64,000 bases of DNA from a virus, in IMG/VR virus record IMGVR_UViG_3300030107_001446, positions 96,001-160,000 of that record. One strand, written 5' to 3'. The first letter of the stretch is position 1. Each line of letters starts with the position of its first letter. The notes below the pieces were generated by a model. The model was not told where the DNA came from. It was given only the letters and a program-made list of their open reading frames with translations, and made no database searches. The position numbers were made by a program, and so were the translations under genes. Below, in pieces: positions 28,295 to 37,925 of this stretch.

Positions 28295-29216
28295 TTTATT
28301 TAAAAAGAAAGAGGAACCATTTAAGAGGTGGGTAAGATTCTATTCTATACATCCAGGTGTATCAGAAATAAATCCATGGATATCTGCATCTAAACTTAAA
28401 AGGAAATGGAGAAAGGATGCACATATTAGACAGGCAAAGTATGAAGAGTCTAGGTGTCCTGCAAAGAAATGGTTTAAGATGTTTGGCACATATAATGACT
28501 ATAGAATGAAGGGTGGTGCAGAGAGAGAAATTGATCCAGATAGTATCTCTGGATTATTCTCACATGCAGTAACATGTCCTGCTATTGCACAGGTAATGGA
28601 TACTGGATGGGTGATGGTAGCACCTGCTGATATACTATTGAAATTTGATAAGGGTAACCCAAGTTTCGGATGGTTATCACAAATGAATTTCAATACAAGT
28701 GATGACTATGTTAAATCACATGTAGCGGAACAAACAGAGGGTATGAGAGATTTATTAGCACCATGGAAGGGTGAGACTCTACCAAGTGTTATTAAATTAG
28801 AAATGCCTTGGAGGGTTATGGCACACCCTGATGTATTATTCATGCAAATGCCTATACCATATTATGATGAACCAAGGTTCACCGTACCAACTGGTATAGT
28901 GGATCCTGCATTCAGTTATGAAATCAATCTACAATTATTCTGGCATCAATTACCTAGGGGTGAGGAAGACAGTGAAGTAGTATTGGTTAAGGCAGGTACT
29001 CCATTAGTACAATGGGTACCACTTGATAGAAAAACATTCGATATGAAAAATTGGAATGTAATACAAGAGGATGCTAATGAAGAGGATATTGCAAATAATG
29101 CTATTATGGACTATAATAGGTTCCAGCATTTTGCAGAAACTACTACTCTCAAAGAGAGGATAGAATTAAATAGAAACGTAGTCAGTCTAAATAAAAACAA
29201 AGAGAGGTTTAACTAA
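28287..29216 (+). CDS. Conserved hypothetical protein of phage oxygenase clusters (309 aa)
   Basis: CPAI...GW...PAD, KLEMPW, GIVD, INL.LFWH, KAGTPLVQ motifs; function unknown. Confidence 0.65.
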   Translation: MFNLFKKKEEPFKRWVRFYSIHPGVSEINPWISASKLKRKWRKDAHIRQAKYEESRCPAKKWFKMFGTYNDYRMKGGAEREIDPDSISGLFSHAVTCPAIAQVMDTGWVMVAPADILLKFDKGNPSFGWLSQMNFNTSDDYVKSHVAEQTEGMRDLLAPWKGETLPSVIKLEMPWRVMAHPDVLFMQMPIPYYDEPRFTVPTGIVDPAFSYEINLQLFWHQLPRGEEDSEVVLVKAGTPLVQWVPLDRKTFDMKNWNVIQEDANEEDIANNAIMDYNRFQHFAETTTLKERIELNRNVVSLNKNKERFN

Positions 29217-29614
29217 TGGCAGAAGAACAAGATGTGATGGAGGTTAATCTTGCCGAGAGAGCAGGAGTACAGACCGAAGAGCAGAAATTAGAAAGTACAG
29301 GTGTTATCGAAGGTCTTATAACATTTGACCAGTTGGTAATGAACTTCTTACAACAGCATCATAATGCTCTGGAAGAGTATAAGAAACTCCAACAGGCACT
29401 AGATAATATGCATTATACAAGTACTATCACTAAGATATCACTTGAAGAATTGCAGACTAAAAAAGATACTCTTAATAAATTATCTGGAGCAGTTGAAGCA
29501 CTAGCATTATATAAGAAGCATGTAGATCCTAATTGCACTGATAGAGATTTCGTATTCTCAAATGACTCAGTAGAACCTGAGATAAAAGAGGACGATATTA
29601 AGGATGAAGGTTGA
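29216..29614 (+). CDS. Acidic coiled-coil hypothetical protein (132 aa)
   Basis: Heptad-like LEEYKKLQQAL...LNKLSGAVEAL. Confidence 0.65.
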   Translation: MAEEQDVMEVNLAERAGVQTEEQKLESTGVIEGLITFDQLVMNFLQQHHNALEEYKKLQQALDNMHYTSTITKISLEELQTKKDTLNKLSGAVEALALYKKHVDPNCTDRDFVFSNDSVEPEIKEDDIKDEG

Positions 29615-30290
29615 TTTATTATTTCCTACACCATTATGGACATTTGATGATTGTGGTATAGATTTAAACAATCTTGCCCAATTTTGCCAACAGGTGAAGG
29701 ATGAAGATGAAAGAGGAAGAACAGCATCAAATGATGGTGGATGGCAATCTTGGGACTTCGTACCACAGGTTATGGAGCAGAAGCATATGCCATTACATGA
29801 TGTCTATGAGTATCTAACAACTATCGCATATTCTGCATGTGATGATTGGGGATATCAAAAGTATAGACTCAAGATGACTAACCTCTGGATTAATATAAAT
29901 CAGAAAGGAAATTTCAATCATTTACATACACATCCTGGTTGTCAATTATCAGGTGTATTCTATGTTAAAGTACCACCATGTTGTAGTGGTGAATTAAAGT
30001 TTGTTAGAGATATGAAAGACCAATGCTTAAAAGAAGCATGGGGATGCTCAGAGAACTTTGACCATTATGAGAGAGAATATAATAATATAGAGAGATATGT
30101 AACACCAGAGGAGAATAAAGCATTATTGTTCCCTGCTTGGTTAATGCACTCAGTTGATAGAAGTGCTAGTGATGATGATAGAATATCATTATCATTTAAT
30201 TTTAATGTATACTCTGAACATTATGTGAAAAATGGAATCTATCCAAGTCAAGAACCTACTAGGCAAACATTACCACTCTCGCTTATGTAA
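29604..30290 (+). CDS. Fe(II)/2OG oxygenase, TIGR02466-like
   Basis: WININQKGNFNHLHTHPGCQLSGVFYV...LFPAWLMHSV...RISLSFN. Confidence 0.88.
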   Translation: MKVDLLFPTPLWTFDDCGIDLNNLAQFCQQVKDEDERGRTASNDGGWQSWDFVPQVMEQKHMPLHDVYEYLTTIAYSACDDWGYQKYRLKMTNLWININQKGNFNHLHTHPGCQLSGVFYVKVPPCCSGELKFVRDMKDQCLKEAWGCSENFDHYEREYNNIERYVTPEENKALLFPAWLMHSVDRSASDDDRISLSFNFNVYSEHYVKNGIYPSQEPTRQTLPLSLM

Positions 30291-30894
30291 ATTAGTATCG
30301 GGGATGAATGGATTCCCATGGTATTTTTTAAGTGATGATGTCAGTTATAGTACTCAAGGGTACGAGTTTGGTGATGTACGATTATTGGAGATACCTGATA
30401 AGGAACAGACAGTAGGATTCACACATGTATTGTTAGACCAGAATAATGTTGAGTCACCATGGTTACCACAGTTTCAACCATTACTTGATAGTGTAGAAGA
30501 TCAATTTGATTATCAAATTGATTGGTTACGTGTTAGATTATCTCTACTATTAAATAATGGTAAGACAGGACATAATGCACCACACACAGATAGTGAAAAG
30601 GATCATTATGCAGCATTATATTATTTTCACGAGAGTAACGCACCAACAGTTTTCTTTAATGAGATGGATGAAGAGAGTCGTGGTACAATAGATGAGAGAT
30701 GGATGTTTGCAATGACAAATAAGAAATGGACAGTAGCAGACAGAGTATATCCTGAACCAAATATGTTGCATATATTTAATGGACACCAGTTCCATGCATC
30801 ATCCACACCTACTGGTAAGGAGAAATATAGAATAACATTAAATCTTAATTGGACTACACCTCGTGACCTCTTTAACCCTGATAGAAACCCTTAA
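30232..30894 (+). CDS. Fe(II)/2OG oxygenase-like protein
   Basis: PHTD...ALYY...IFNGHQFHASS...RITLNLN. Confidence 0.8.
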   Translation: MESIQVKNLLGKHYHSRLCKLVSGMNGFPWYFLSDDVSYSTQGYEFGDVRLLEIPDKEQTVGFTHVLLDQNNVESPWLPQFQPLLDSVEDQFDYQIDWLRVRLSLLLNNGKTGHNAPHTDSEKDHYAALYYFHESNAPTVFFNEMDEESRGTIDERWMFAMTNKKWTVADRVYPEPNMLHIFNGHQFHASSTPTGKEKYRITLNLNWTTPRDLFNPDRNP

Positions 30895-31585
30895 AACTAA
30901 AGATTGGGAATATGATGACACACCACATTTATTCAAGAGTGGGGTGGATCCACATGGTTTGGTAACGTGGAAGGATATAGAATACTGTTTAAATAATCCT
31001 AATCAGTTTAACATCAAGTTTATTAATAAACATATTAATCAGTTTATTGAGTATCCTAAGTTTAAGAGAGCATGGGATGCACATGACCAACCAGAGGTCA
31101 GAGAACTGATGAATATATTTGCTGATGGTCACACATGTATAATAGAGAAGTTTGAGTATATACATCACAGCAAGCAGTACATATTAAAACAGATAGAAGA
31201 TATATTTAATGTGCAAGCATCAATGCATATATTTTGTGGTCTAGGTGATACTAGATCATTTAATATACATGAGGATTATGCTAATAATTTAATCATACAA
31301 GTAGAAGGAGAGACACACTGGGAAGTATATGAGAACCGTGCATCACATTTAATACCACAGTTAGATTATACTTCTGTTGCTGATAATTTAGGACAGGGTG
31401 TTGACCCATCTAAACTGACAATAGCAATTGATCATGTGATGCAACCAGGAGATATATTATACATACCTGCAAGGACATATCATCGTGCGTTCCCTAAAGC
31501 AAAGAGATTATCTCTCAGCATACCATTACAACATTTGTGCAGTGCACAACCAGTAGATAGAAATTATTATGATCTCCCCTGTTAA
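30863..31585 (+). CDS. JmjC/cupin-like oxygenase
   Basis: SFNIHED...IIQVEGETHW...MQPGDILYIPARTYH...RLSLS. Confidence 0.85.
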   Translation: MTSLTLIETLKTKDWEYDDTPHLFKSGVDPHGLVTWKDIEYCLNNPNQFNIKFINKHINQFIEYPKFKRAWDAHDQPEVRELMNIFADGHTCIIEKFEYIHHSKQYILKQIEDIFNVQASMHIFCGLGDTRSFNIHEDYANNLIIQVEGETHWEVYENRASHLIPQLDYTSVADNLGQGVDPSKLTIAIDHVMQPGDILYIPARTYHRAFPKAKRLSLSIPLQHLCSAQPVDRNYYDLPC

Positions 31586-32177
31586 TGTTCATCCTTATTT
31601 GTATAAGGGTAATTATGATTTTAAATTTGATACCATTAAGGATAGGGTTGATGAGTATGTAAATTATGCTAGGGAGAATCCAATGGATGAAACTCCTGAG
31701 ATGGATGGTGGTGTGACTACTGTTGTGCAATGTTTTAATGACCCACCACATAACTGGGATATATTCCAGGACTTCAATGAATATGTGTTCAAGTGTGTTG
31801 ATGACTTATGGAATCTATGGAAGTATCACCCTATGCCTAGAGACTTGATGCAATCATGGATAAATGTACATCCTAAGGGTGCATGGACTAAAGAGCATCA
31901 TCATCAACATGTAGCAGTGGCAGTAGCAGCATACTTGCATGTACCAGAGAATAGTGGTAGACTATTGATCAAAGACCCACTGGGAGTTTATAAGTATAAT
32001 GAACCCCTAATATATGGATACCACGATAAAGGTTTCGATTGGGAAGCAGTTGATGTAGAATCAGGAGATATATTATTCTTTCCTGGTTGGTTGACACATA
32101 AAACTGAGGTAAATAGTAGTGAGCATGACAGATATGTCATGTCAATGAACATTAGAGCATTACATCATCAGGCATGA
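31569..32177 (+). CDS. Fe(II)/2OG oxygenase, TIGR02466-like
   Basis: SWINVH...EHHH...YLHVP...FFPGWLTHKT...RYVMSMN. Confidence 0.85.
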   Translation: MISPVNVHPYLYKGNYDFKFDTIKDRVDEYVNYARENPMDETPEMDGGVTTVVQCFNDPPHNWDIFQDFNEYVFKCVDDLWNLWKYHPMPRDLMQSWINVHPKGAWTKEHHHQHVAVAVAAYLHVPENSGRLLIKDPLGVYKYNEPLIYGYHDKGFDWEAVDVESGDILFFPGWLTHKTEVNSSEHDRYVMSMNIRALHHQA

Positions 32178-32890
32178 GTAAATTAATATCAGTATATGAT
32201 ACTAAATTAATATCAGATAAGTTATTATATGAGATAACATATCTACCGTACAAGATGATCAGGACTGATACACCACCATGTGAGAATCAACCTGATGTAG
32301 ACATGCGTCATAGTTATTGGACACATCAATTATATAATTTTTGTCCAGTAAATGATCCAGAGTACTATGAGAATGCAGGACTAGAAGCAAGTAACAATCC
32401 TATCTACCTAGATGTGTTAGGATATTTGGAAGCAAAATGCCCAGATTTGCCCCCTCGTGCTCATCTTTATAGTGCATATATTAATGTCTTAAAGTATGGT
32501 AACTCACCTGCTGTACATGTTGATGCACCTTATCATGTGGATAGTAATAAAACTGTATTAGTTTATTTAAATCCAGAGTGGAATTGGAATTGGGGTGGTG
32601 AGACTATGTTCTTTGATCATAATCTTGAAGCAAAGAGAATAGTATCATTTAAACCAGGTAGAGTAGTATTATTTGATGGTAGACTACCACATTTAGGTTG
32701 TGCACCGTCAGCACATTATCTTTATAACAGATACATTATGGCATTCAAATTTATGGATCCAGATGTAAGACAGAAGTTATTTGATAAATATGACATGGAG
32801 AATCATCCACCAGTATTTGATATGGGTGTGATGGGATTTAGTCCTAAGGTAACAAAACAATTATGGGAGAACAATGACGCAGGAATCTGA
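32174..32890 (+). CDS. Fe(II)/2OG oxygenase, prolyl-hydroxylase-like
   Basis: VHVD...TVLVYLNPEW...WGGET.F...KPGRVVLFDGRLPH...RY. Confidence 0.88.
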   Translation: MSKLISVYDTKLISDKLLYEITYLPYKMIRTDTPPCENQPDVDMRHSYWTHQLYNFCPVNDPEYYENAGLEASNNPIYLDVLGYLEAKCPDLPPRAHLYSAYINVLKYGNSPAVHVDAPYHVDSNKTVLVYLNPEWNWNWGGETMFFDHNLEAKRIVSFKPGRVVLFDGRLPHLGCAPSAHYLYNRYIMAFKFMDPDVRQKLFDKYDMENHPPVFDMGVMGFSPKVTKQLWENNDAGI

Positions 32891-33050
32891 CCCTAGATGT
32901 TTCAGACAATTATTAATTCCATCTGAAATGAAAACATTAAGGAAGGCACTTTTCATTTATCAGGGTCAATTATATAAGAAATATGGCAAATTAACTAAAG
33001 AACAACGTAGTGAAATTGAGTCCATATATGATAAATTACATCTAAGATGA
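32874..33050 (+). CDS. Small basic hypothetical protein (58 aa)
   Basis: Manual translation; fills the gap with overlaps at both ends. Confidence 0.55.
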   Translation: MTQESDPRCFRQLLIPSEMKTLRKALFIYQGQLYKKYGKLTKEQRSEIESIYDKLHLR

Positions 33051-33685
33051 ATCAACCAGAAATAATACCTGCATTTAGTCAACCAATATATGTTAACACC
33101 GTAGAATTGGATGACTATTTAATATCTGAGGTAGTTAATTCACCAACAAATGATGATAGTTTTCATCACGATCCTACCTATAGAAATAATGGTAGTATGT
33201 CAGTTGATAGACAATGGTTACAATCTCATCCAGAGATTAGAAATATTGTTGAAGAGCATTTAGATAATTATGTATTTAATGAGTTAGGAATTGGAAGACA
33301 AAGACATCAATTAATCCATACATGTAGTTGGGTTAATATGCATGAGAATGGTGATGTTGCACAAGGTCACACACATACAAATAGTATGTTTAGTGGTGTT
33401 ATGTATTTTAAAATACCAGAGAATAGTGGTGAGTTAAGATTTCATTGTCCTGCAATTATTCCTACATATGTAACACAAACAGTATTACCTGACATAGTTA
33501 GATCTAATGTATATAATATGAGAGAGATTAATATTATGCCTGAGGTAGGTATGATAATAATATTTCCATCACACTTAGCACATAGTGTTAGTGTTAATGA
33601 AAGCAATGAGCAGAGATATTCAATGGCATTTAATTATTTTATGAAAGGTCAATTTGGATACGATGACAACTCATTAACAATATGA
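33047..33685 (+). CDS. Fe(II)/2OG oxygenase, TIGR02466-like
   Basis: SWVN...HTHTNSMFSGVMY...IFPSHLAHSV...RYSMAFN. Confidence 0.88.
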   Translation: MNQPEIIPAFSQPIYVNTVELDDYLISEVVNSPTNDDSFHHDPTYRNNGSMSVDRQWLQSHPEIRNIVEEHLDNYVFNELGIGRQRHQLIHTCSWVNMHENGDVAQGHTHTNSMFSGVMYFKIPENSGELRFHCPAIIPTYVTQTVLPDIVRSNVYNMREINIMPEVGMIIIFPSHLAHSVSVNESNEQRYSMAFNYFMKGQFGYDDNSLTI

Positions 33686-34020
33686 CAATTCCACTATTAT
33701 TAGCAGAGGCAATTCCTTTGGAAATTAGAAACATTCTTAAGTCCCTAAAGAAGGGCATGAAGGTTAAGTTGAAAGATGGTGAAGAAGGGACAATTAATTT
33801 TATATCTGACCAATATATAACTGTTAGTTGTAATAGACATGATGACCCTAATAGTATGCATGGGTATAAAGAGACAAATGTATTAGTATATCCCCAAGAT
33901 TGGGATGATATCTATATTGAGGATGAGCATTTTTATAACCATAAGAATTATAAAGGTTATATCAGAGAACATCCTGGAAATGAAGATTTGCCAACTGATA
34001 TTACAGGTATGGACAAATAA
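33682..34020 (+). CDS. Hypothetical protein (112 aa, possible SH3/Tudor-like fold)
   Basis: GMKVKL.DGEEGTINFISDQYITV; coupled ORF. Confidence 0.65.
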   Translation: MTIPLLLAEAIPLEIRNILKSLKKGMKVKLKDGEEGTINFISDQYITVSCNRHDDPNSMHGYKETNVLVYPQDWDDIYIEDEHFYNHKNYKGYIREHPGNEDLPTDITGMDK

Positions 34021-34037
34021 AAAATATATGATATAAT
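34010..34037 (+). promoter_or_regulatory. Sigma70-like promoter
   Basis: TGGACA-16 nt-TATAAT upstream of 34059 and 34219. Confidence 0.55.
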
Positions 34038-34058
34038 ATAATATATTTGAATTAAAGA

Positions 34059-34226
34059 ATGAGAAAGTGGTGGAGAGTCTGGAAGTATAGTTTAGGGAGT
34101 TTTAGCGATGAAACAACGAAGAGGTATGATAATATTGTACTCATTATTCGATCTCTTATCTTTCTTACTTATCTCGTCACTAATTGTTTTATTGTTAGTG
34201 GTGTAATTAGACATTGGAATGATTGA
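34059..34226 (+). CDS. Small conserved cyanophage membrane protein (55 aa, MRKWWRVWKYSLGSF...RHWND)
   Basis: Manual translation; TM helix; recurrent cyanophage ORF. Confidence 0.75.
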   Translation: MRKWWRVWKYSLGSFSDETTKRYDNIVLIIRSLIFLTYLVTNCFIVSGVIRHWND

Positions 34227-35013
34227 CACAGTATTATATGGTGATTGTAGATATACATTACCAACAATAAATCATAAGTGTAGGATGTGTGTTACATCCC
34301 CACCTTATTATGGATTGCGAAATTATAAAGGTGCAGATAATCAAATAGGTTTAGAGCAATCACCTGAGGATTATGTTGATGAGTTAGTTAAAGTATTTCG
34401 ATTAGTGAGAGATATATTAACTGAGGATGGGACATTATGGGTTAATATAGGTGATAGTTATTATAACTATCGAGGTGGTAAAGGTCAGGCATTACCTAAT
34501 CAATCATTTGGTGGTGACCAAGATCTACCACAAATAAATCCTAGACGTGGTAATAAATTACAAGGATATAAAGAGAAAGATTTAATTGGCATACCTTGGA
34601 TGTTAGCATTCGCATTACGTCAGGATGGATGGTATCTAAGACAGGATATAATATGGAATAAACCTAACCCTATGCCTGAGAGTGTAAGAGATAGATGCAC
34701 TAAATCACATGAGTATATCTTTTTATTATCAAAGAATCAGAATTATTATTTTGATGTGGATAGTATTAAAGTGCCAACTGTTGATGGTAAACAATTAAAG
34801 AGAAAGAAAACAGTATGGGATGTGAAGGTTAAACCTAATAGAGCAACTGGACATCACGCAGCATATCCTGAGGAATTAATAACACCTTGTATATTGGCAG
34901 GTAGTGAAGAGAATGATATTATACTTGACCCATTTATGGGTAGTGGTACTACAGGGACAGTTGCCAAGGGATTTGGACGTAGATACATCGGATGTGATTT
35001 ACAAGAGTATTAA
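34219..35013 (+). CDS. Beta-class amino-DNA methyltransferase (m4C/m6A) 1
   Basis: VTSPPYY (motif IV) precedes DPFMGSGTT (motif I). Confidence 0.93.
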   Translation: MIDTVLYGDCRYTLPTINHKCRMCVTSPPYYGLRNYKGADNQIGLEQSPEDYVDELVKVFRLVRDILTEDGTLWVNIGDSYYNYRGGKGQALPNQSFGGDQDLPQINPRRGNKLQGYKEKDLIGIPWMLAFALRQDGWYLRQDIIWNKPNPMPESVRDRCTKSHEYIFLLSKNQNYYFDVDSIKVPTVDGKQLKRKKTVWDVKVKPNRATGHHAAYPEELITPCILAGSEENDIILDPFMGSGTTGTVAKGFGRRYIGCDLQEY

Positions 35014-35086
35014 GGAATGTTACAAATAAAAGACGTGGCGTAAATATATGTTATATTAAGTATGTCAAACAAATACTATTCATAAA

Positions 35087-35743
35087 ATGACAAAGACTTT
35101 TAAAACAGATTTAATATCCGACCTTGAGACAGTAACATTATGTGCTATCAAGGATTTAAATGAGTATATCACCGACTTTAGGATATATGGACGTAGTTTA
35201 CAAGACTACAAGAATACAATGAATACAGCAGACTTCACAAAGTTTTTCCAATATATTGTGAATGATGCCATTGAAGATACAATCAAGAATCTAGGTATTG
35301 ATGCTAGACGTGAAGAGGTATCAGGATATGATTATGTCTTTGGTGATACACCAGTTGAATTTAAATTAATGGGTGGAGACAGTAAGGCATCATTTGCTAC
35401 TGGTAATAAGACATCACACTTTGGTGGTGCAAAGACTAACATAGTATGGACAATTAAATATACATTTAATGATAATCAAATTGATTCATTTGGTATGGTT
35501 GTTATCGATACTAACTTAACAGAGTCAAATGTATGGAAGTCATCATCAGGACGTAAGGATAGTTTCTCAACACTTGAATTATTAGTGGGTGAAGAGAATT
35601 GTATATTATCTCAAATAGGTATAGTAAGACCTGCAACAAAGAAATTACATTTCTTACCATTACCTACTCAACAAATATTACCTGTTGATAATGAAGTTAA
35701 AAGTTTAAACTTCTCAGGATTTGAGAAGATGAGAGATTTATAA
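35087..35743 (+). CDS. Putative PD-(D/E)xK nuclease (restriction-endonuclease-like), 218 aa
   Basis: Helix followed by GYDYVFGDTPVEFK (D...ExK); lies between two MTases. Confidence 0.5.
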   Translation: MTKTFKTDLISDLETVTLCAIKDLNEYITDFRIYGRSLQDYKNTMNTADFTKFFQYIVNDAIEDTIKNLGIDARREEVSGYDYVFGDTPVEFKLMGGDSKASFATGNKTSHFGGAKTNIVWTIKYTFNDNQIDSFGMVVIDTNLTESNVWKSSSGRKDSFSTLELLVGEENCILSQIGIVRPATKKLHFLPLPTQQILPVDNEVKSLNFSGFEKMRDL

Positions 35744-35748
35744 ATCTC

Positions 35749-35777
35749 TTGACAATATCCGAGGATGCCAGTATAAT
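35749..35777 (+). promoter_or_regulatory. Consensus sigma70 promoter
   Basis: TTGACA-17 nt-TATAAT upstream of MTase 2. Confidence 0.85.
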
Positions 35778-35800
35778 AGGGTATCCTCTATTAATGTTGA

Positions 35801-36646
35801 ATGCTAGAAGTTAATAAAACATACCATATTAATTGCATTGCAGGGATGGAGAAACTTGATGATAAATCAGTTGATTTAGTCGTCACGTCACCACCCTATG
35901 ATGATTTAAGGACATACAACGACTCTAGTAGTTGGAGTATGGAAGTATTCTATGCAGTTGCTTGTCAACTGGAGAGAGTATTAAAAGATGGTGGTGTTAT
36001 AATGTGGAATGTGAATGATGCTACAGTAAATGGTAGTGAGACAGGCACAAGTTTTAGACAGGCATTACATTTTAAAGATGTATGTGGTTTAAGACTACAT
36101 GATACTATGATATATGAGAAAACAGGCATTGCTTTTGCATCAGGCAGTAAGAGTGTTAGGTATTCTCAAGCATTTGAATATTGCTTTATACTATCTAAGG
36201 GTAAACCTAAGACAGTTAATATTATCATGGATAAACCTAATAAGTGGGCAGGATCCACATCATGGGGTAAAGCAAGAAGTAGAAAGAAAACAGGTGAATT
36301 AGATATTAGAGAGAATAAGACAAATCCGATTAAAGAATATGGTGCTAGGAATAATATTTGGAGGATTAAGAATTGTGGAGGATTTGGACAATCAAATAAA
36401 GAGAGTTACAAACATCCTGCAACAATGCCAGAGGAGTTAGCATTAGGTCATATTCAAACATGGACAAATGAAGGTGATTTAGTATTGGATCCTTTCATGG
36501 GTAGTGGCACAACAGCACAAGTATCCTTAGAAAATAAGAGAAACTTCATTGGATTTGAAATTGATGATACATACTATAAAATGTGTCTAGATAGAATGAA
36601 ACCATTGCAAGATAATTTATTAACAAGATTAAATGACATTGCGTAG
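35801..36646 (+). CDS. Beta-class amino-DNA methyltransferase (m4C/m6A) 2
   Basis: VTSPPYD...HPATMP...DPFMGSGTT...FIGFE. Confidence 0.93.
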   Translation: MLEVNKTYHINCIAGMEKLDDKSVDLVVTSPPYDDLRTYNDSSSWSMEVFYAVACQLERVLKDGGVIMWNVNDATVNGSETGTSFRQALHFKDVCGLRLHDTMIYEKTGIAFASGSKSVRYSQAFEYCFILSKGKPKTVNIIMDKPNKWAGSTSWGKARSRKKTGELDIRENKTNPIKEYGARNNIWRIKNCGGFGQSNKESYKHPATMPEELALGHIQTWTNEGDLVLDPFMGSGTTAQVSLENKRNFIGFEIDDTYYKMCLDRMKPLQDNLLTRLNDIA

Positions 36647-36851
36647 TAAAGTTTGGGTATCACCCAAATCTGATAATGCTAAAGAAAAATACTTAAAATA
36701 TTTAAATAGTAAGAATATTGTAAGATTAGAGCATAAAAGAAAAGACAGATGGTTCTTTTCATCTATTGATAACCCCGATTATATGTTTTGGGTAGATTAT
36801 CCAAATGATAATAATTGGGACTATAAGGAGTTAAACAATGACACCAATTAA
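36633..36851 (+). CDS. Conserved cyanophage hypothetical protein (72 aa)
   Basis: VSPKS...FFSS...Y.FWV...D.NW pattern. Confidence 0.7.
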   Translation: MTLRSKVWVSPKSDNAKEKYLKYLNSKNIVRLEHKRKDRWFFSSIDNPDYMFWVDYPNDNNWDYKELNNDTN

Positions 36852-37101
36852 TGTAACAGAAACAGAGCATCCCGCAGCGATGCATCAACAAGATGTAAAT
36901 TCATGCATCGCTCATTTAAGAGATGCAGTAGTTGACTATGTAGAGAGCGAAGTTGTAACTCCTGGAGAATTTGTAAATTGTGTTAAATCAGCACTAGGTG
37001 ATAGCATAACATATCATCAACAACGATTAGATTTGTTGAAAGATGTTGAGCATCTATTGAATCAAACATCTAATAAGGAGTTATTAAATGAAGGGCAATG
37101 A
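36838..37101 (+). CDS. Hypothetical protein (87 aa)
   Basis: Coupled ORF with SD GGAG. Confidence 0.65.
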   Translation: MTPINVTETEHPAAMHQQDVNSCIAHLRDAVVDYVESEVVTPGEFVNCVKSALGDSITYHQQRLDLLKDVEHLLNQTSNKELLNEGQ

Positions 37102-37297
37102 AGGAGACGAGGCAGCGAAGGCACTTGAAAAACTAATTAATTTAACTAAGAAATACTCAGAAACTGAATTGGATGAGGATGGATTAAGAGAATCAATTAG
37201 TGAAAGAATAAATGCAACAAATGAGTTGAAAGATATTCTTACTAAGGCAAAGAATGCACGAGAAAGTTCTTATAAACAATGGCGAGCAAGTGATTAA
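37088..37297 (+). CDS. Hypothetical coiled-coil protein (69 aa)
   Basis: Coupled ORF with SD GGAG. Confidence 0.6.
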   Translation: MKGNEGDEAAKALEKLINLTKKYSETELDEDGLRESISERINATNELKDILTKAKNARESSYKQWRASD

Positions 37298-37824
37298 TGT
37301 ATGACGTTAAAGTTATAGATGATTATTTCCCAGAGTGGTTAGTTAATATTGTAAGTAGGGATACTGAGCAAATGCCAGTAACCTATACTAACTCACCATA
37401 TAATACATTTGATAGAGCAAGATTCTTTGGATGTATGATGATAGAGCAAGATAAACCAAAAGATCATCCACCTTATTGGTTTAATGAATATTTTAATAGA
37501 TGTATCTATAATGATATATTGAAAGAATATGAAATAACTAATTGCTACCGTATATTATTAAATGGACAATTACCTGATATGAATGGATGCAATCATAATG
37601 ATGCAGACTCTCAGGATTATATGACAGCAATTTATATGGCACATGGCACAAGTGGTGATACTGTTATAGTTGATAACCACGATTGTGATTATAAGAGAGT
37701 GCCATTTAAGGAAGGAAGGATAGTTATATTCAATAGTAGTATATGGCACAGAGGTGAAGCACCTAAGGAAGGATACAGAGTAACACTAGGAGCAGTATAT
37801 CCACTATTCAAACCAACATTATGA
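37297..37824 (+). CDS. Fe(II)/2OG oxygenase
   Basis: NHND...TAIY...FKEGRIVIFNSSIWHRG...RVT. Confidence 0.85.
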   Translation: MYDVKVIDDYFPEWLVNIVSRDTEQMPVTYTNSPYNTFDRARFFGCMMIEQDKPKDHPPYWFNEYFNRCIYNDILKEYEITNCYRILLNGQLPDMNGCNHNDADSQDYMTAIYMAHGTSGDTVIVDNHDCDYKRVPFKEGRIVIFNSSIWHRGEAPKEGYRVTLGAVYPLFKPTL

Positions 37825-37925
37825 TACCAACACCAATATTTGAATTAATTGTTTTAGTTATAGGCATTATATGGATAAATGTGTTATTATCACATTTAGG
37901 AGTATATGGTGATGATGAAGAATGA
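37821..37925 (+). CDS. Small membrane peptide (34 aa, MIPTPIFELIVLVIGIIW...)
   Basis: Manual translation; ATGA overlaps at both ends. Confidence 0.5.
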   Translation: MIPTPIFELIVLVIGIIWINVLLSHLGVYGDDEE

